Source: Sideroxydans sp.
GTDB lineage: Bacteria > Pseudomonadota > Gammaproteobacteria > Burkholderiales > Gallionellaceae
DNA: 64,000 bases
Reading direction: 5' to 3'
NCBI GenBank assembly: GCA_043744345.1
Contig: JAYTUW010000043.1
Location: 6,535-70,534 of the forward strand
In this document: positions 37,343 to 45,615 of the stretch, one piece after another
Position numbering within the stretch: position 1 is the stretch's first letter
How the letters are laid out: the number at the start of each line of letters is the position of its first letter
The notes under the pieces: model-generated
Told to the model about the DNA's origin: nothing
Databases searched by the model: none
The model's input: the letters and a program-made list of their open reading frames with translations, nothing else
Made by a program: the position numbers and the translations under genes

Positions 37343-38221
37343 ATGAATCTGCGATGGGATGATCTGAAACTGTTTCTGGCGGTTCACGAACAAGGCAGCC
37401 TGAGCGGAGCAGCCCGCATGCTGAAACTTGGCCAACCGACCTTGAGCAGGCGTATCGCCGAGCTGGAAGCGTGCGTGGGCGAAGCGCTGTTTGAGCGGCA
37501 AAGCCAGGGTACACGCCTTACCGCTGCCGGACTCAAGCTGTTGCCTGCCGCACAGAGCATGGCCGAATGGGCCAATGAAGCCGAGCTCAGCGTCAAAAAA
37601 CAAACCTGGCTGCCGGAAGGCAAAGTGCGTATCGCGGCCCCGCCCGGCATCGCCTATGAAGTGGTTGCACCGCTGGCAGCCAAGATATGCCAGCAACATC
37701 CGCAGATTCAGATCGAGGTCTTGTCCGGCGTGGAGATTTTAAATCTGGGACGCGGGGAAGCGGATTTATCATTAAGGACTGAGAAACCGACCGATGCCGA
37801 TCTGGTGTGCGTAGACCAAATCTCCAGCGCCATGCGCGTGTACACCAGCAAAGCCTATGCTGCAAAGCTGCCACCAAATCCCGGCCTCGCCGATCTGGAC
37901 TGGATATGCTGGGCCGCGCCCTACGACGAGTTGCAGATCAACCGGGAATTGCGCGCGGTGATACCCAACTTCAAACCCGTCTTTACTTCTGACGACTACA
38001 TCGTGCAGTTTGCCGCGTGCAGGGCCGGTGTGGGTGCGATGATATTGCCGCAGATATTGCATCAGCATGCGGGACTGCATGAGTTGCAAGCGCTGGATAT
38101 CGATCTGGGGCCGGATGCTGTCGGCTTCCTGTATGTCGTGTGCCACAAACGACACCGCCATCTGCCCAAGGTGAGATTGGTGATCGACTTTATTTCAAAA
38201 GAGTTCGATGGTTTGCGCTAG
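37343..38221 (+). CDS. LysR-family transcriptional regulator
   Basis: The N-terminal wHTH reads WDDLKLFLAVHEQGSLSGAARMLKLGQPTLSRRIAELE. An LysR substrate-binding domain follows. The gene is divergent from the MBL gene. Confidence 0.9.
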   Translation: MNLRWDDLKLFLAVHEQGSLSGAARMLKLGQPTLSRRIAELEACVGEALFERQSQGTRLTAAGLKLLPAAQSMAEWANEAELSVKKQTWLPEGKVRIAAPPGIAYEVVAPLAAKICQQHPQIQIEVLSGVEILNLGRGEADLSLRTEKPTDADLVCVDQISSAMRVYTSKAYAAKLPPNPGLADLDWICWAAPYDELQINRELRAVIPNFKPVFTSDDYIVQFAACRAGVGAMILPQILHQHAGLHELQALDIDLGPDAVGFLYVVCHKRHRHLPKVRLVIDFISKEFDGLR

Positions 38222-38283
38222 CGAAGCGCACTCCGAGGGTATCAGCGCTTCTGCGACTCATATCATCACAGAAGCGGAGCACT

Positions 38284-38724
38284 TCAGTGGCTGAAGCCGG
38301 GCATCTTCGGCATCTGCGGCCATTCCACCGCGTCCAGCATGTTCTTTACCACCAGACCGAGTTCGGTATCGCCCTCAATGGATAACTCGCGGTTGAAGAA
38401 CAGGGTGTCCGGGTCTTCCTGGCGGGCGATCATCTGCATGAAGGCGGAGAGGTTGGCACGGAAGGACAGGTCGGGTTTCGCGGGCGCTTTGAACAGCGGA
38501 CGGAACAGTCCATTGCGATAAGTGAAGTTCGCCTGCCCGCCGGTGTCCAGCACTTCGACGAAGAAGGTGCGACCTTCGAGCAGGTCCAGGCTGTCCTGCG
38601 GCAGCAGTTTCATCTTCAGCGCAGCGTTCAGACCGGCGATCAGCGTCACTGAATGCGGCCACTGCGGCAGGCGACTGCCGATGCGCGAGACCAGTGCAGG
38701 CAATTTGAATTTCGGGATGTTCAT
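38284..38724 (-). CDS. ubiT: SCP2-domain ubiquinone biosynthesis accessory factor UbiT (YhbT-like)
   Basis: The C-terminus EDPDTLFFNRELSIEGDTELGLVVKNMLDAVE matches the YhbT/UbiT SCP2 signature. The gene lies downstream of two U32 genes. Confidence 0.8.
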   Translation of the reverse strand: MNIPKFKLPALVSRIGSRLPQWPHSVTLIAGLNAALKMKLLPQDSLDLLEGRTFFVEVLDTGGQANFTYRNGLFRPLFKAPAKPDLSFRANLSAFMQMIARQEDPDTLFFNRELSIEGDTELGLVVKNMLDAVEWPQMPKMPGFSH

Positions 38725-38762
38725 TCTTTCACTCCTTTCGGTTTGCAGAGTCTCTGGCAGGG

Positions 38763-38809
38763 GCCAGCTTGCTGGCGAATCTTTCTGGCATTTTCGCCAG
38801 CAAGCTGGC
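38763..38809. repeat. Perfect 17-bp-stem hairpin in the ubiV-ubiT spacer
   Basis: GCCAGCTTGCTGGCGAA, a 13-nt loop, then TTCGCCAGCAAGCTGGC, lying 3 nt from the ubiV stop. Confidence 0.9.
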
Positions 38810-38811
38810 TC

Positions 38812-39705
38812 CTACACGCTGTGTTGTTGCTGGTGATGCTGCGCGATGCCCGCATCACCGAACCAGTAGCCGTCCACCAGCCCGTCTGCGCACCAGTCGT
38901 GCATGTCGGGGCTGACCTTCTGTCCGTTGCGTGCCGCATCGAAGGCGGCGATGATGCCCGCCGTATGCTGCGGCTGCGGACTGACGCGAATGATGTCTAT
39001 GCCCATCTGCAGCATGTCCGGCACTTCGTTGAGCAGATTATAACTCTGTGCCGACATGGTCTGGATACCGTTGATGGTCAGGAACGGCTGGCCCTCGCGC
39101 GTCTTCAGCGTGATGCCTTCCGGGTGCTCCATGCACTTGAACTGGCAGTCGTCCTTGTTCAGGTCGTAATGGCGCGCGGTGAAGCAGCGCGCCGAGAACG
39201 CCAGCGGGATCTTGCCGTACACGAAGACCTCTGTTTCCATTCCGGCGGGGCGGCTGTTGTGCAGCGTCTCGACCAGCTTGCGGTCGGCTTCCAGCGGCGG
39301 CACCCAGCGTTGCATGCCGTAGCGCGCGTAGGTCGCCAGCGTGGCCTCGTTGTAGATATTGAGGTGCGGCCCGGCGACAAAGGGGCGGCCGGCGGCGATG
39401 TTTACCGCGCCCAGATCGTTGGCTTCGACTTTGCAGTTGCCTTCGTCCATCAGGCGGCGCAGCGCTTTCAGGTCGCTTTCCGATTCGAGCAGCGCCTGTG
39501 CCGACACCACGACTTCTTTGCCCGCGTCGGCGAGGGTGCGGGCCAGCGCGATCCAGTCGGCCACGCGCAATTGCTGGCGGCGCGAGCACACTACTTCGCC
39601 GACGTAGATGATGTCGAGTGCGGGGTTCTGCGCCATCTCGGCGTAGAAATCGAGCACGGTCTGTTTCGGCCAAAAATACAGCAACGGTCCCAGAGATAAT
39701 TTCAT
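38812..39705 (-). CDS. ubiV: U32-family O2-independent ubiquinone hydroxylase subunit UbiV (YhbV-like)
   Basis: The internal ATG gives [25 protein letters not shown]...[13 protein letters not shown], closely matching the E. coli UbiV N-terminus as I recall it. The track's 5' extension crosses a hairpin region and was rejected. Confidence 0.8.
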   Translation of the reverse strand: MKLSLGPLLYFWPKQTVLDFYAEMAQNPALDIIYVGEVVCSRRQQLRVADWIALARTLADAGKEVVVSAQALLESESDLKALRRLMDEGNCKVEANDLGAVNIAAGRPFVAGPHLNIYNEATLATYARYGMQRWVPPLEADRKLVETLHNSRPAGMETEVFVYGKIPLAFSARCFTARHYDLNKDDCQFKCMEHPEGITLKTREGQPFLTINGIQTMSAQSYNLLNEVPDMLQMGIDIIRVSPQPQHTAGIIAAFDAARNGQKVSPDMHDWCADGLVDGYWFGDAGIAQHHQQQHSV

Positions 39706-39723
39706 TACTAAAACCCCGCACCA

Positions 39724-39783
39724 CAGAGACACAGAGACACAGAGAACTTCCTCTCCGGTTGTCTCTGTGTCTCTGTGTCTCTG
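39724..39783. repeat. Perfect 22-bp-stem hairpin built from (CACAGAGA)n in the ubiU-ubiV spacer
   Basis: CAGAGACACAGAGACACAGAGA, a 16-nt loop, then TCTCTGTGTCTCTGTGTCTCTG. A second small hairpin, GGGGCTGAAGCCCC, follows at about 39812-39825. Confidence 0.9.
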
Positions 39784-39853
39784 CACCCGCAAGGGGTAGG
39801 CCGTGGTTGTAAGGGGCTGAAGCCCCAACAACGCACGCTCTGGTAAATGTTTT

Positions 39854-40867
39854 TCATCGCCACGGCCTGCTGTAGGCACCCAGCGTCGCCTGACTGCCTT
39901 CCGAGACCTTGGCCAATTCGGCCTGCCAGGCCTGCTTCACTATGTAGCGATCACCATCACGGGCGAGCGCATCCAGCGCCGCGCGCATGGCCTTGGTGAC
40001 CTGTGCCACATAGGTGGGGCTACGCTGCCTGCCCTCTACCTTGATGGCCGCCACGCCTATCCCGGAGATCTCCGGGAGTATCTCCAGCACGTTCAGGCTG
40101 GTCGGTTCTTCGAGTGCGTAATAGGTGGAACCGTTCACCTCGAAGCGGCCTTTGCACAGCGTGGGATAACCGGCCGGTTCGTTGTCACCGAAGCGGTCGA
40201 TGAGGATGCCGTTCAAACGCGTGGACATCATGCCCGGCGATTTCTCCCATTTGACGTACTTGGCCGGTGAGCAGGCGCCCACTGTATTGGGCGATTCGCC
40301 GGTGGCGTAGGAGGAAAGCCAGCAGCGGCCTTCGTTCATCACGCACAAGCTGCCGAATCCAAACACCTCGATCTCGACCGTGGTGTTGTTGATCACGTTT
40401 TCGACTTGAGCCAGCGTCAATACGCGCGGCAGCACGGCACGGCGCACGCCGAATTCGCGCTGCGCAAAATTCACCGCCTCGTAACTGGTGGCCGAGCCCT
40501 GCACCGAAAGATGCAGGCGCAGATCGGGATGGCGCTTGCTGGCGTAATCGAGCAGCCCGACATCGGCCAGAATTACCGCATTTACGCCCAGCGCGGCGGC
40601 GCCATCCACAGCACGGTGCCAATCGGCCACGCGACCAGGCTGGGGGAATGTGTTGATCGCCATCAGCACTTCGCGCTTCTTCGCGTGCGCATAGCTGATG
40701 CCATCGCGCAGTGCCTTGTCGTCGAAGTTGAGACCGGCGAAGTTGCGCGCATTGGTGTCGTTCTTGTAACCCAGATAGACAGCGTCCGCGCCGTTGTCGA
40801 TGGCCGCCTTCAGGGCGGGCAGACTGCCGGCGGGGCAGATGAGTTGCGGGATGTTGGCGTGCGACAT
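39854..40867 (-). CDS. ubiU: U32-family O2-independent ubiquinone hydroxylase subunit UbiU (YhbU-like)
   Basis: It contains [40 protein letters not shown] and the Fe-S Cys cluster region [36 protein letters not shown]. It ends in GAYSRPW, like YhbU. Confidence 0.85.
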   Translation of the reverse strand: MSHANIPQLICPAGSLPALKAAIDNGADAVYLGYKNDTNARNFAGLNFDDKALRDGISYAHAKKREVLMAINTFPQPGRVADWHRAVDGAAALGVNAVILADVGLLDYASKRHPDLRLHLSVQGSATSYEAVNFAQREFGVRRAVLPRVLTLAQVENVINNTTVEIEVFGFGSLCVMNEGRCWLSSYATGESPNTVGACSPAKYVKWEKSPGMMSTRLNGILIDRFGDNEPAGYPTLCKGRFEVNGSTYYALEEPTSLNVLEILPEISGIGVAAIKVEGRQRSPTYVAQVTKAMRAALDALARDGDRYIVKQAWQAELAKVSEGSQATLGAYSRPWR

Positions 40868-40921
40868 GAAAAGTCTCTTGAAGCAAAGGTGGCAAGTATA
40901 GCCACCCACGACCCAAGGCTA

Positions 40922-40935
40922 TTGATTATCGTCAA
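40922..40935 (-). promoter_or_regulatory. FNR/ANR-type box upstream of ubiU
   Basis: TTGAT-TATC-GTCAA matches 9 of 10 positions of TTGAT-N4-ATCAA. It is centred about 61 nt upstream of the ubiU ATG, which is compatible with a class II (-41.5) site and a short leader. Confidence 0.5.
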
Positions 40936-41009
40936 TCCGGGGATGCCATAGGCGACAAGCCGGAATGGTTTTGGCCGACTGCAGAGGTGCGTTCCGGCCC
41001 GGGGGGCGG

Positions 41010-41465
41010 TCAGCCGAACAGCTTGCCGAACAAGCCTCTTCTGTTCTGTCCTTCCATCTCTTCCGGCAGCGATAGATCGCCGACGACGGAGACGTAGTCC
41101 ATATCGTCATGCTTGATATGGCCGAACAACCAGTTGAACATCATCGCGTGCAATTCACCGGAAATGTCCTCACCGAGTCTGAAGCGTTCCTGATAATCGT
41201 TCAGGCGTTTGATGAAAATCTCATGCACATTCCGGTGCGCTTTCAGGAAGGGATAGTTCGCTTCTTCGAGCAGCCGCTCTTCATATTTGAAATGCGAAGC
41301 GGTATAGCCCACCAGTTTGTCGATCACTTTGGCGACGAGCGAATTGTTGACCCCGCCGGTCTTGGCATCGTCGAGCTGGTTGATGTATTCGACGATCATC
41401 TTGTGCTGCTTGTCGATCGTTTCGATGCCGGTGTTCAGATTTGAAGTCCAGATTGTCTTTGCCAT
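41010..41465 (-). CDS. Bacteriohemerythrin (hemerythrin-like metal-binding protein)
   Basis: The N-terminus is W.SNLNTGIETIDKQHKMIVEYIN. The His/Glu/Asp ligand pattern is HFKYEERLL, HRNVHEIF and LFGHIKHDDMDY. Confidence 0.85.
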   Translation of the reverse strand: MAKTIWTSNLNTGIETIDKQHKMIVEYINQLDDAKTGGVNNSLVAKVIDKLVGYTASHFKYEERLLEEANYPFLKAHRNVHEIFIKRLNDYQERFRLGEDISGELHAMMFNWLFGHIKHDDMDYVSVVGDLSLPEEMEGQNRRGLFGKLFG

Positions 41466-41713
41466 GTCATTTCCTGTTCGTGGGGCCTGTCCGGATTTCT
41501 GCCGCTTTATCCTGCAGAAAATCAGGCCATTTTAGCTGTGTGTAGTCAGAAGCTGCAAATCCCGTGCCAGGAGTGTGGGAACGCAGCGTGCCATCACAAC
41601 AGCCTTGCAAGCTCCAAGTGCCTGTTCAAATGACGTATTGGAGTCAGCGGACGTCGAAATCATGACCAAAACCGTACAACTGCATGCTGGATGCCGATTT
41701 TGCTTTCTGGAAC

Positions 41714-41977
41714 TTATTCCGGCTTATGTTCGGTCGGGTGGCCCGGGCGAAATCCGGAGGCTTGGTTGGCCAGCATCCGTTCGCGCAACTCATGCATCTT
41801 GGGCGAGGTGGGCGGGCGCTCATCCTCATACGGCGACCTGGAGATGGGGCATGTATCGGAAGCGCGACGAACGGGGTGGAATGCGTAGCCGGATAGCGCC
41901 GTTTCCATCGCGGAGTTTTCCCTCATGGGCAGGCGGTTTGCCGGTTCGGAATGGGACAGATCGTGTGCAAGTTTCAT
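41714..41977 (-). CDS. Hypothetical small protein (87 aa)
   Basis: The internal ATG is preceded by a strong AGGAGG with 5-nt spacing. No family was recognised and the composition is unremarkable. Confidence 0.4.
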   Translation of the reverse strand: MKLAHDLSHSEPANRLPMRENSAMETALSGYAFHPVRRASDTCPISRSPYEDERPPTSPKMHELRERMLANQASGFRPGHPTEHKPE

Positions 41978-42427
41978 GATGTCCTCCTGCTGCACAAGTG
42001 CGGGAAGCAAGTTGGTCCCACACTGGAATTTAAGGCTACTCCGGGCTACTCCACGGGTCAATATTCGACACCGAGTACACACGACAAGGGTAGGGATGGC
42101 ACGCGCGATGGGGCTTTAACTTGCATCATCTTATCAGCGGGATGCGGGCGATAAGCGAACAAAAACTCAACATCGGACCCTGTTTGCGGATGTCACGAGG
42201 AGTGCTTGAAGCCGTTTAATTTTGCAACAGTTTGAAGGTGATCTGCAGCGCTCGTGGCTCGGCATTTTACGTTGTCTTGACTGCGCCTTCCCGCTTCCTT
42301 CACACATGGATTGTTAGCATGAAACCGTTATAGGCAATGTATGCGTTGTCACACATTCGAGCCGCAAAGAGGCGGGTGGAGAGGATGTGCTGTGCATGGC
42401 GTCAATAACTGCAAAAGGAGATCAATC

Positions 42428-42733
42428 ATGACGATCACATTGACTGCTCCCAAGCCGCATTCTGCGCCGGACTTACCACCCGGGATCGCGCAGGATGTCT
42501 CTTTCATTCACGAGAACTTCCCCAACATCGGGCACAAGATCATGCAAGCCTGGGGGACGGGTGAATTACACCGCTATCTCGGCACGCTGATCTTCGACGA
42601 GCGTGGCGGTCGTCATGGTTTCCCCGAACCGATTGTCTCGGCCCTGTTCAGGGTGCACGAAACCGACAGGAGGATGGTTCCCGAGGCCGCCAAAGGAGAC
42701 ATATGGGATGTCGTGCTGGACCGTCTGGCGTGA
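42428..42733 (+). CDS. Hypothetical small protein (101 aa)
   Basis: The ATG is preceded by AAAGGAG. The sequence has a plausible globular character (IMQAWGTGELHRYLGTLIFDERGGRHGFPEPIVSALFRVHE). No family was recognised. The gene is convergent with fliR. Confidence 0.55.
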   Translation: MTITLTAPKPHSAPDLPPGIAQDVSFIHENFPNIGHKIMQAWGTGELHRYLGTLIFDERGGRHGFPEPIVSALFRVHETDRRMVPEAAKGDIWDVVLDRLA

Positions 42734-42750
42734 CTGCCCGCACGGGCGGG

Positions 42751-43539
42751 TTAGTGACCGCCCAACTGCAGCAAGACGCGTGACACGGTATCCAGACCCC
42801 GGTGCGTGAAGTATTCCATCAGCGGGGCAAGGTAAGGGATGGTCAGCAGCAGGGCGGCGAATCCCACGGCAAGCGTGATGGGGAAGCCGACCGCAAAGAT
42901 GTTGAGTTGCGGTGCGCTGCGCGTGAGTATGCCGAGCGCCAGGTTGGTGATGAGCAGCACACCAATCAGCGGCAGGGAAAATTGCAGCGCGTGACTGAAC
43001 ATGCTGCCGCCCCATTCGGCCACGGTGCGAAAAGCGTTCGCGGAAGGCACATTCGCCCCGATCGGAAAATCGCGAAAACTGTCGGCCAGCGCGGCCAGCA
43101 TGTAGAGATGCCCGTCGACGCTGATGAAGGCCAATGCCGCGATGATGCCCAGGAACTGCGCAATCACGGGGGTAAAGGTTGCGTTCTGCGGATCGTAAAA
43201 ACTGGCGAAGCCCAAACCCATCTGCATACCCGCCAGATCACCCGCCATTTCCACCGCACTGAAAATCAGCCGGATCGAGAAGCCGATGATGACACCGGCG
43301 ACAATCTGCTGCACCAGCACGAACAATCCTTGCGCCGAAGCCGGGTCGATATCGGCGGGGATGTCCAGGGTGGGTGCAATGACCACCGCAATGATGACAG
43401 CCAGTCCGACCTTGATACGGGCGGGAACTTGTTTGGTGCCGAAGATGGGAGCGCTGGCGATGAGCGCCAGAATGCGGGCGAGCGGGAAGATGAAGGCGGC
43501 GAGCCAGGCGGAAAGCTGGGCGCTGGTGAAGCTGATCAC
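42751..43539 (-). CDS. fliR: Flagellar export gate protein FliR
   Basis: This polytopic membrane protein begins MISFTSAQLSAWLAAFIFPLARILALIASAPIFG and follows fliQ. Confidence 0.9.
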   Translation of the reverse strand: MISFTSAQLSAWLAAFIFPLARILALIASAPIFGTKQVPARIKVGLAVIIAVVIAPTLDIPADIDPASAQGLFVLVQQIVAGVIIGFSIRLIFSAVEMAGDLAGMQMGLGFASFYDPQNATFTPVIAQFLGIIAALAFISVDGHLYMLAALADSFRDFPIGANVPSANAFRTVAEWGGSMFSHALQFSLPLIGVLLITNLALGILTRSAPQLNIFAVGFPITLAVGFAALLLTIPYLAPLMEYFTHRGLDTVSRVLLQLGGH

Positions 43540-43543
43540 GACA

Positions 43544-43813
43544 TCATCCCGCCAGGTAAGGGATGCTGCTATACAAGCGGGTCATATAGTCGAGCAAAAT
43601 GCCGATCATCCACGGACCCGAAATGATGAGCACGCCGAACATCCCAACCAGCTTGGGAATAAAGGACAGGGTCATCTCGTTGATCTGTGTCGCGGCCTGA
43701 AAAATACTGACGATCAGGCCGATGATGAGCGCGGTGAGCAGCATTGGCGCGGAAACCATCAGTGTGATCTCCAGCGCCTGTTGGCCGATGGTCATTACGG
43801 ATTCGGGGGTCAT
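43544..43813 (-). CDS. fliQ: Flagellar export gate protein FliQ
   Basis: This 89-aa protein contains MTPESVMTIGQQALEITLMVSAPMLLTALIIGLIVSIFQAATQINEMTLSFIPK. Confidence 0.95.
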   Translation of the reverse strand: MTPESVMTIGQQALEITLMVSAPMLLTALIIGLIVSIFQAATQINEMTLSFIPKLVGMFGVLIISGPWMIGILLDYMTRLYSSIPYLAG

Positions 43814-43825
43814 TTGAATATCTCC

Positions 43826-44575
43826 TCAGGTGTAGAAGCTCGACACAAGCGAGCCGATCAGCAGGTTCCATCCATCTGCCAATACGAACAGCATGATCTT
43901 GAACGGCAGCGAGATGACGGAGGGCGACAGCATCATCATCCCCATGGACATCAGCACGCTGGCCACCACCATGTCGATGATCAGGAACGGGATGAACACC
44001 ACGAAGCCGATCTGGAATGCGGTCTTCAACTCGCTGGTGACATAGGCCGGAACCAATATCTTGAGCGGTACATCGTCCGGGCTTTCCAGCGCCTCGCTGT
44101 TGGAGATGCGCACGAACAGGGCCAGATCGGACTCGCGCGTCTGGCGCAGCATGAATGCCTTGAGCGGGATGCTGCCTTTGTCATAGGCCTGCTGCAGCGA
44201 GATCTTGTTTTCGCTGTAGGGCAGATAGGCATCGGTGTACATCTTGTCGAGCACGGGGGCCATCACGAAAAAGGTCAGGAACAGCGCCAGTCCCACCAGA
44301 ACCTGATTGGGCGGGGAGGAGGGGGTGCCCAGCGCGGAACGCAGCAAACCCAGCACGATGATGATGCGGGTGAACCCGGTCATCATCAACAGGATGGCGG
44401 GCAGGAAAGTGAGCGACGAGATCAGGATCAGCGTTTGCAGGCTCAGCGTGTAAGTCTGCCCGCCGCCGGGGGTGGGCGTGCTGTTCAGCGCGAGTACGCC
44501 GCTCTCGGCGGCGATCGCCGGGACGCTCATCGCCAGCAACAGCAGGACAGCTGTGACCTTCTTAACGGACATCAC
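43826..44575 (-). CDS. fliP: Flagellar export gate protein FliP
   Basis: It has a signal peptide and the conserved FliP core ([65 protein letters not shown]). Confidence 0.95.
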   Translation of the reverse strand: MMSVKKVTAVLLLLAMSVPAIAAESGVLALNSTPTPGGGQTYTLSLQTLILISSLTFLPAILLMMTGFTRIIIVLGLLRSALGTPSSPPNQVLVGLALFLTFFVMAPVLDKMYTDAYLPYSENKISLQQAYDKGSIPLKAFMLRQTRESDLALFVRISNSEALESPDDVPLKILVPAYVTSELKTAFQIGFVVFIPFLIIDMVVASVLMSMGMMMLSPSVISLPFKIMLFVLADGWNLLIGSLVSSFYT

Positions 44576-45056
44576 GCTTCTCCATCACCTGCTTCAACCA
44601 GCCCTGGAACTTGTTCTCCGTACCTGTTGCTCCGCTGGCAGCGCTGGGCAAAGTTCCTTTGGGCATGCTGTGCAACGCGTTCACCTGTCCGGGAGCGACA
44701 CCAACGACCAGCCAGGTATCGTTCACCTCCACCAGCACGATGCGTTCGCGCTGGCCCACGGCGACACCGCTGATGACCTTGAGCGCATTGCCCGCGCCCT
44801 GTTGCGGCAGGTTGATGCGTTTGAGTATCCAGCCCACCACGAACACGGCGGCCAGGACCAGCAGCAGGCTGAAAATCACCTGCAGTACACTGCCCGAAGA
44901 TAGCGTGGCGGCGGGCGGAGGCACATAAGCCTGGCGAGCTTCATCCGCGGCGAGGGCGAGCGGGGAGATGAATGCTGCCGGGATCGAAATAATCGCGCAG
45001 CGAAACGGTTGCTTCCTCTCCCGCAAGCGGGATGTAGGCGGGGTTTCGGGAAGCAT
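44562..45056 (-). CDS. fliO: Flagellar export protein FliO (start uncertain)
   Basis: It has a single TM segment ([22 protein letters not shown]), then KRIN...[27 protein letters not shown], which is typical of FliO. It overlaps the fliP start. The 5' part of the track ORF runs through three hairpin repeats. The true start may be the ATG at 45056 or a downstream GTG. Confidence 0.65.
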   Translation of the reverse strand: MLPETPPTSRLRERKQPFRCAIISIPAAFISPLALAADEARQAYVPPPAATLSSGSVLQVIFSLLLVLAAVFVVGWILKRINLPQQGAGNALKVISGVAVGQRERIVLVEVNDTWLVVGVAPGQVNALHSMPKGTLPSAASGATGTENKFQGWLKQVMEKRDVR

Positions 45057-45216
45057 GCTTCCCGCCGCCGAAGTCGGATGGGGATGCAGCCCCATCCGTG
45101 GGGCGCGGAGCGGGATTGAGGTGAGGGACGAGAGCGCTACAGATTTCAAGATAAGAGGGTATTTAGCCGCGCTCGTCAAGGCAGCAAGAAGGCGTGTTTG
45201 CATGTTGTTTATCCCG

Positions 45217-45615
45217 CTATTTGTTGATGCGGCGCAGGCGCTCCGACGGGGTAATGATGTCGGTGAGGCGGATACCCAGTTTGTCGTTCACCACCACCAC
45301 TTCGCCCTGCGCGATGAGGAAACCGTTGATCAGCACGTCCAGCGGCTCGCCCGCCATGCCGGCCAGTTCGACGACAGAGCCCTGCGCCAGCTGCAGCAGG
45401 TTTTTGATCGGCATCTTGGTGCGACCCAGCTCCACGGTGAGTTGCACCGGAATGTCGAGGATCATGTCCAGGTCGTTGTGGGCGGTAGCGCCGCCCGCCG
45501 CACCGAATTGCTCGAATACTGCCGGTTGTGCCGGCGCCGGATCGACCGCGGCCTGTTCGGCCATGGCCGCACCCCAGTCGTCGGCGCTGATTTGTTCTTT
45601 GGTGTCTTCAGCCAT
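45217..45615 (-). CDS. fliN: Flagellar C-ring protein FliN
   Basis: The internal ATG follows GGAGGGAAG. The SpoA domain reads LDMILDIPVQLTVELGRTKMPIKNLLQLAQGSVVELAGMAGEPLDVLINGFLIAQGEVVVVNDKLGIRLTDI. Confidence 0.9.
   Translation of the reverse strand: MAEDTKEQISADDWGAAMAEQAAVDPAPAQPAVFEQFGAAGGATAHNDLDMILDIPVQLTVELGRTKMPIKNLLQLAQGSVVELAGMAGEPLDVLINGFLIAQGEVVVVNDKLGIRLTDIITPSERLRRINK

Noticed and set aside
41575-41979. The plus-strand 134-aa ORF, and other 60-70 aa ORFs, in the hemerythrin-to-orphan spacer.
   Set aside because: It overlaps the better-supported minus-strand ORF that has the AGGAGG site. It has no ribosome-binding site, and its translation is Arg/Trp/Gly-rich without domain character.
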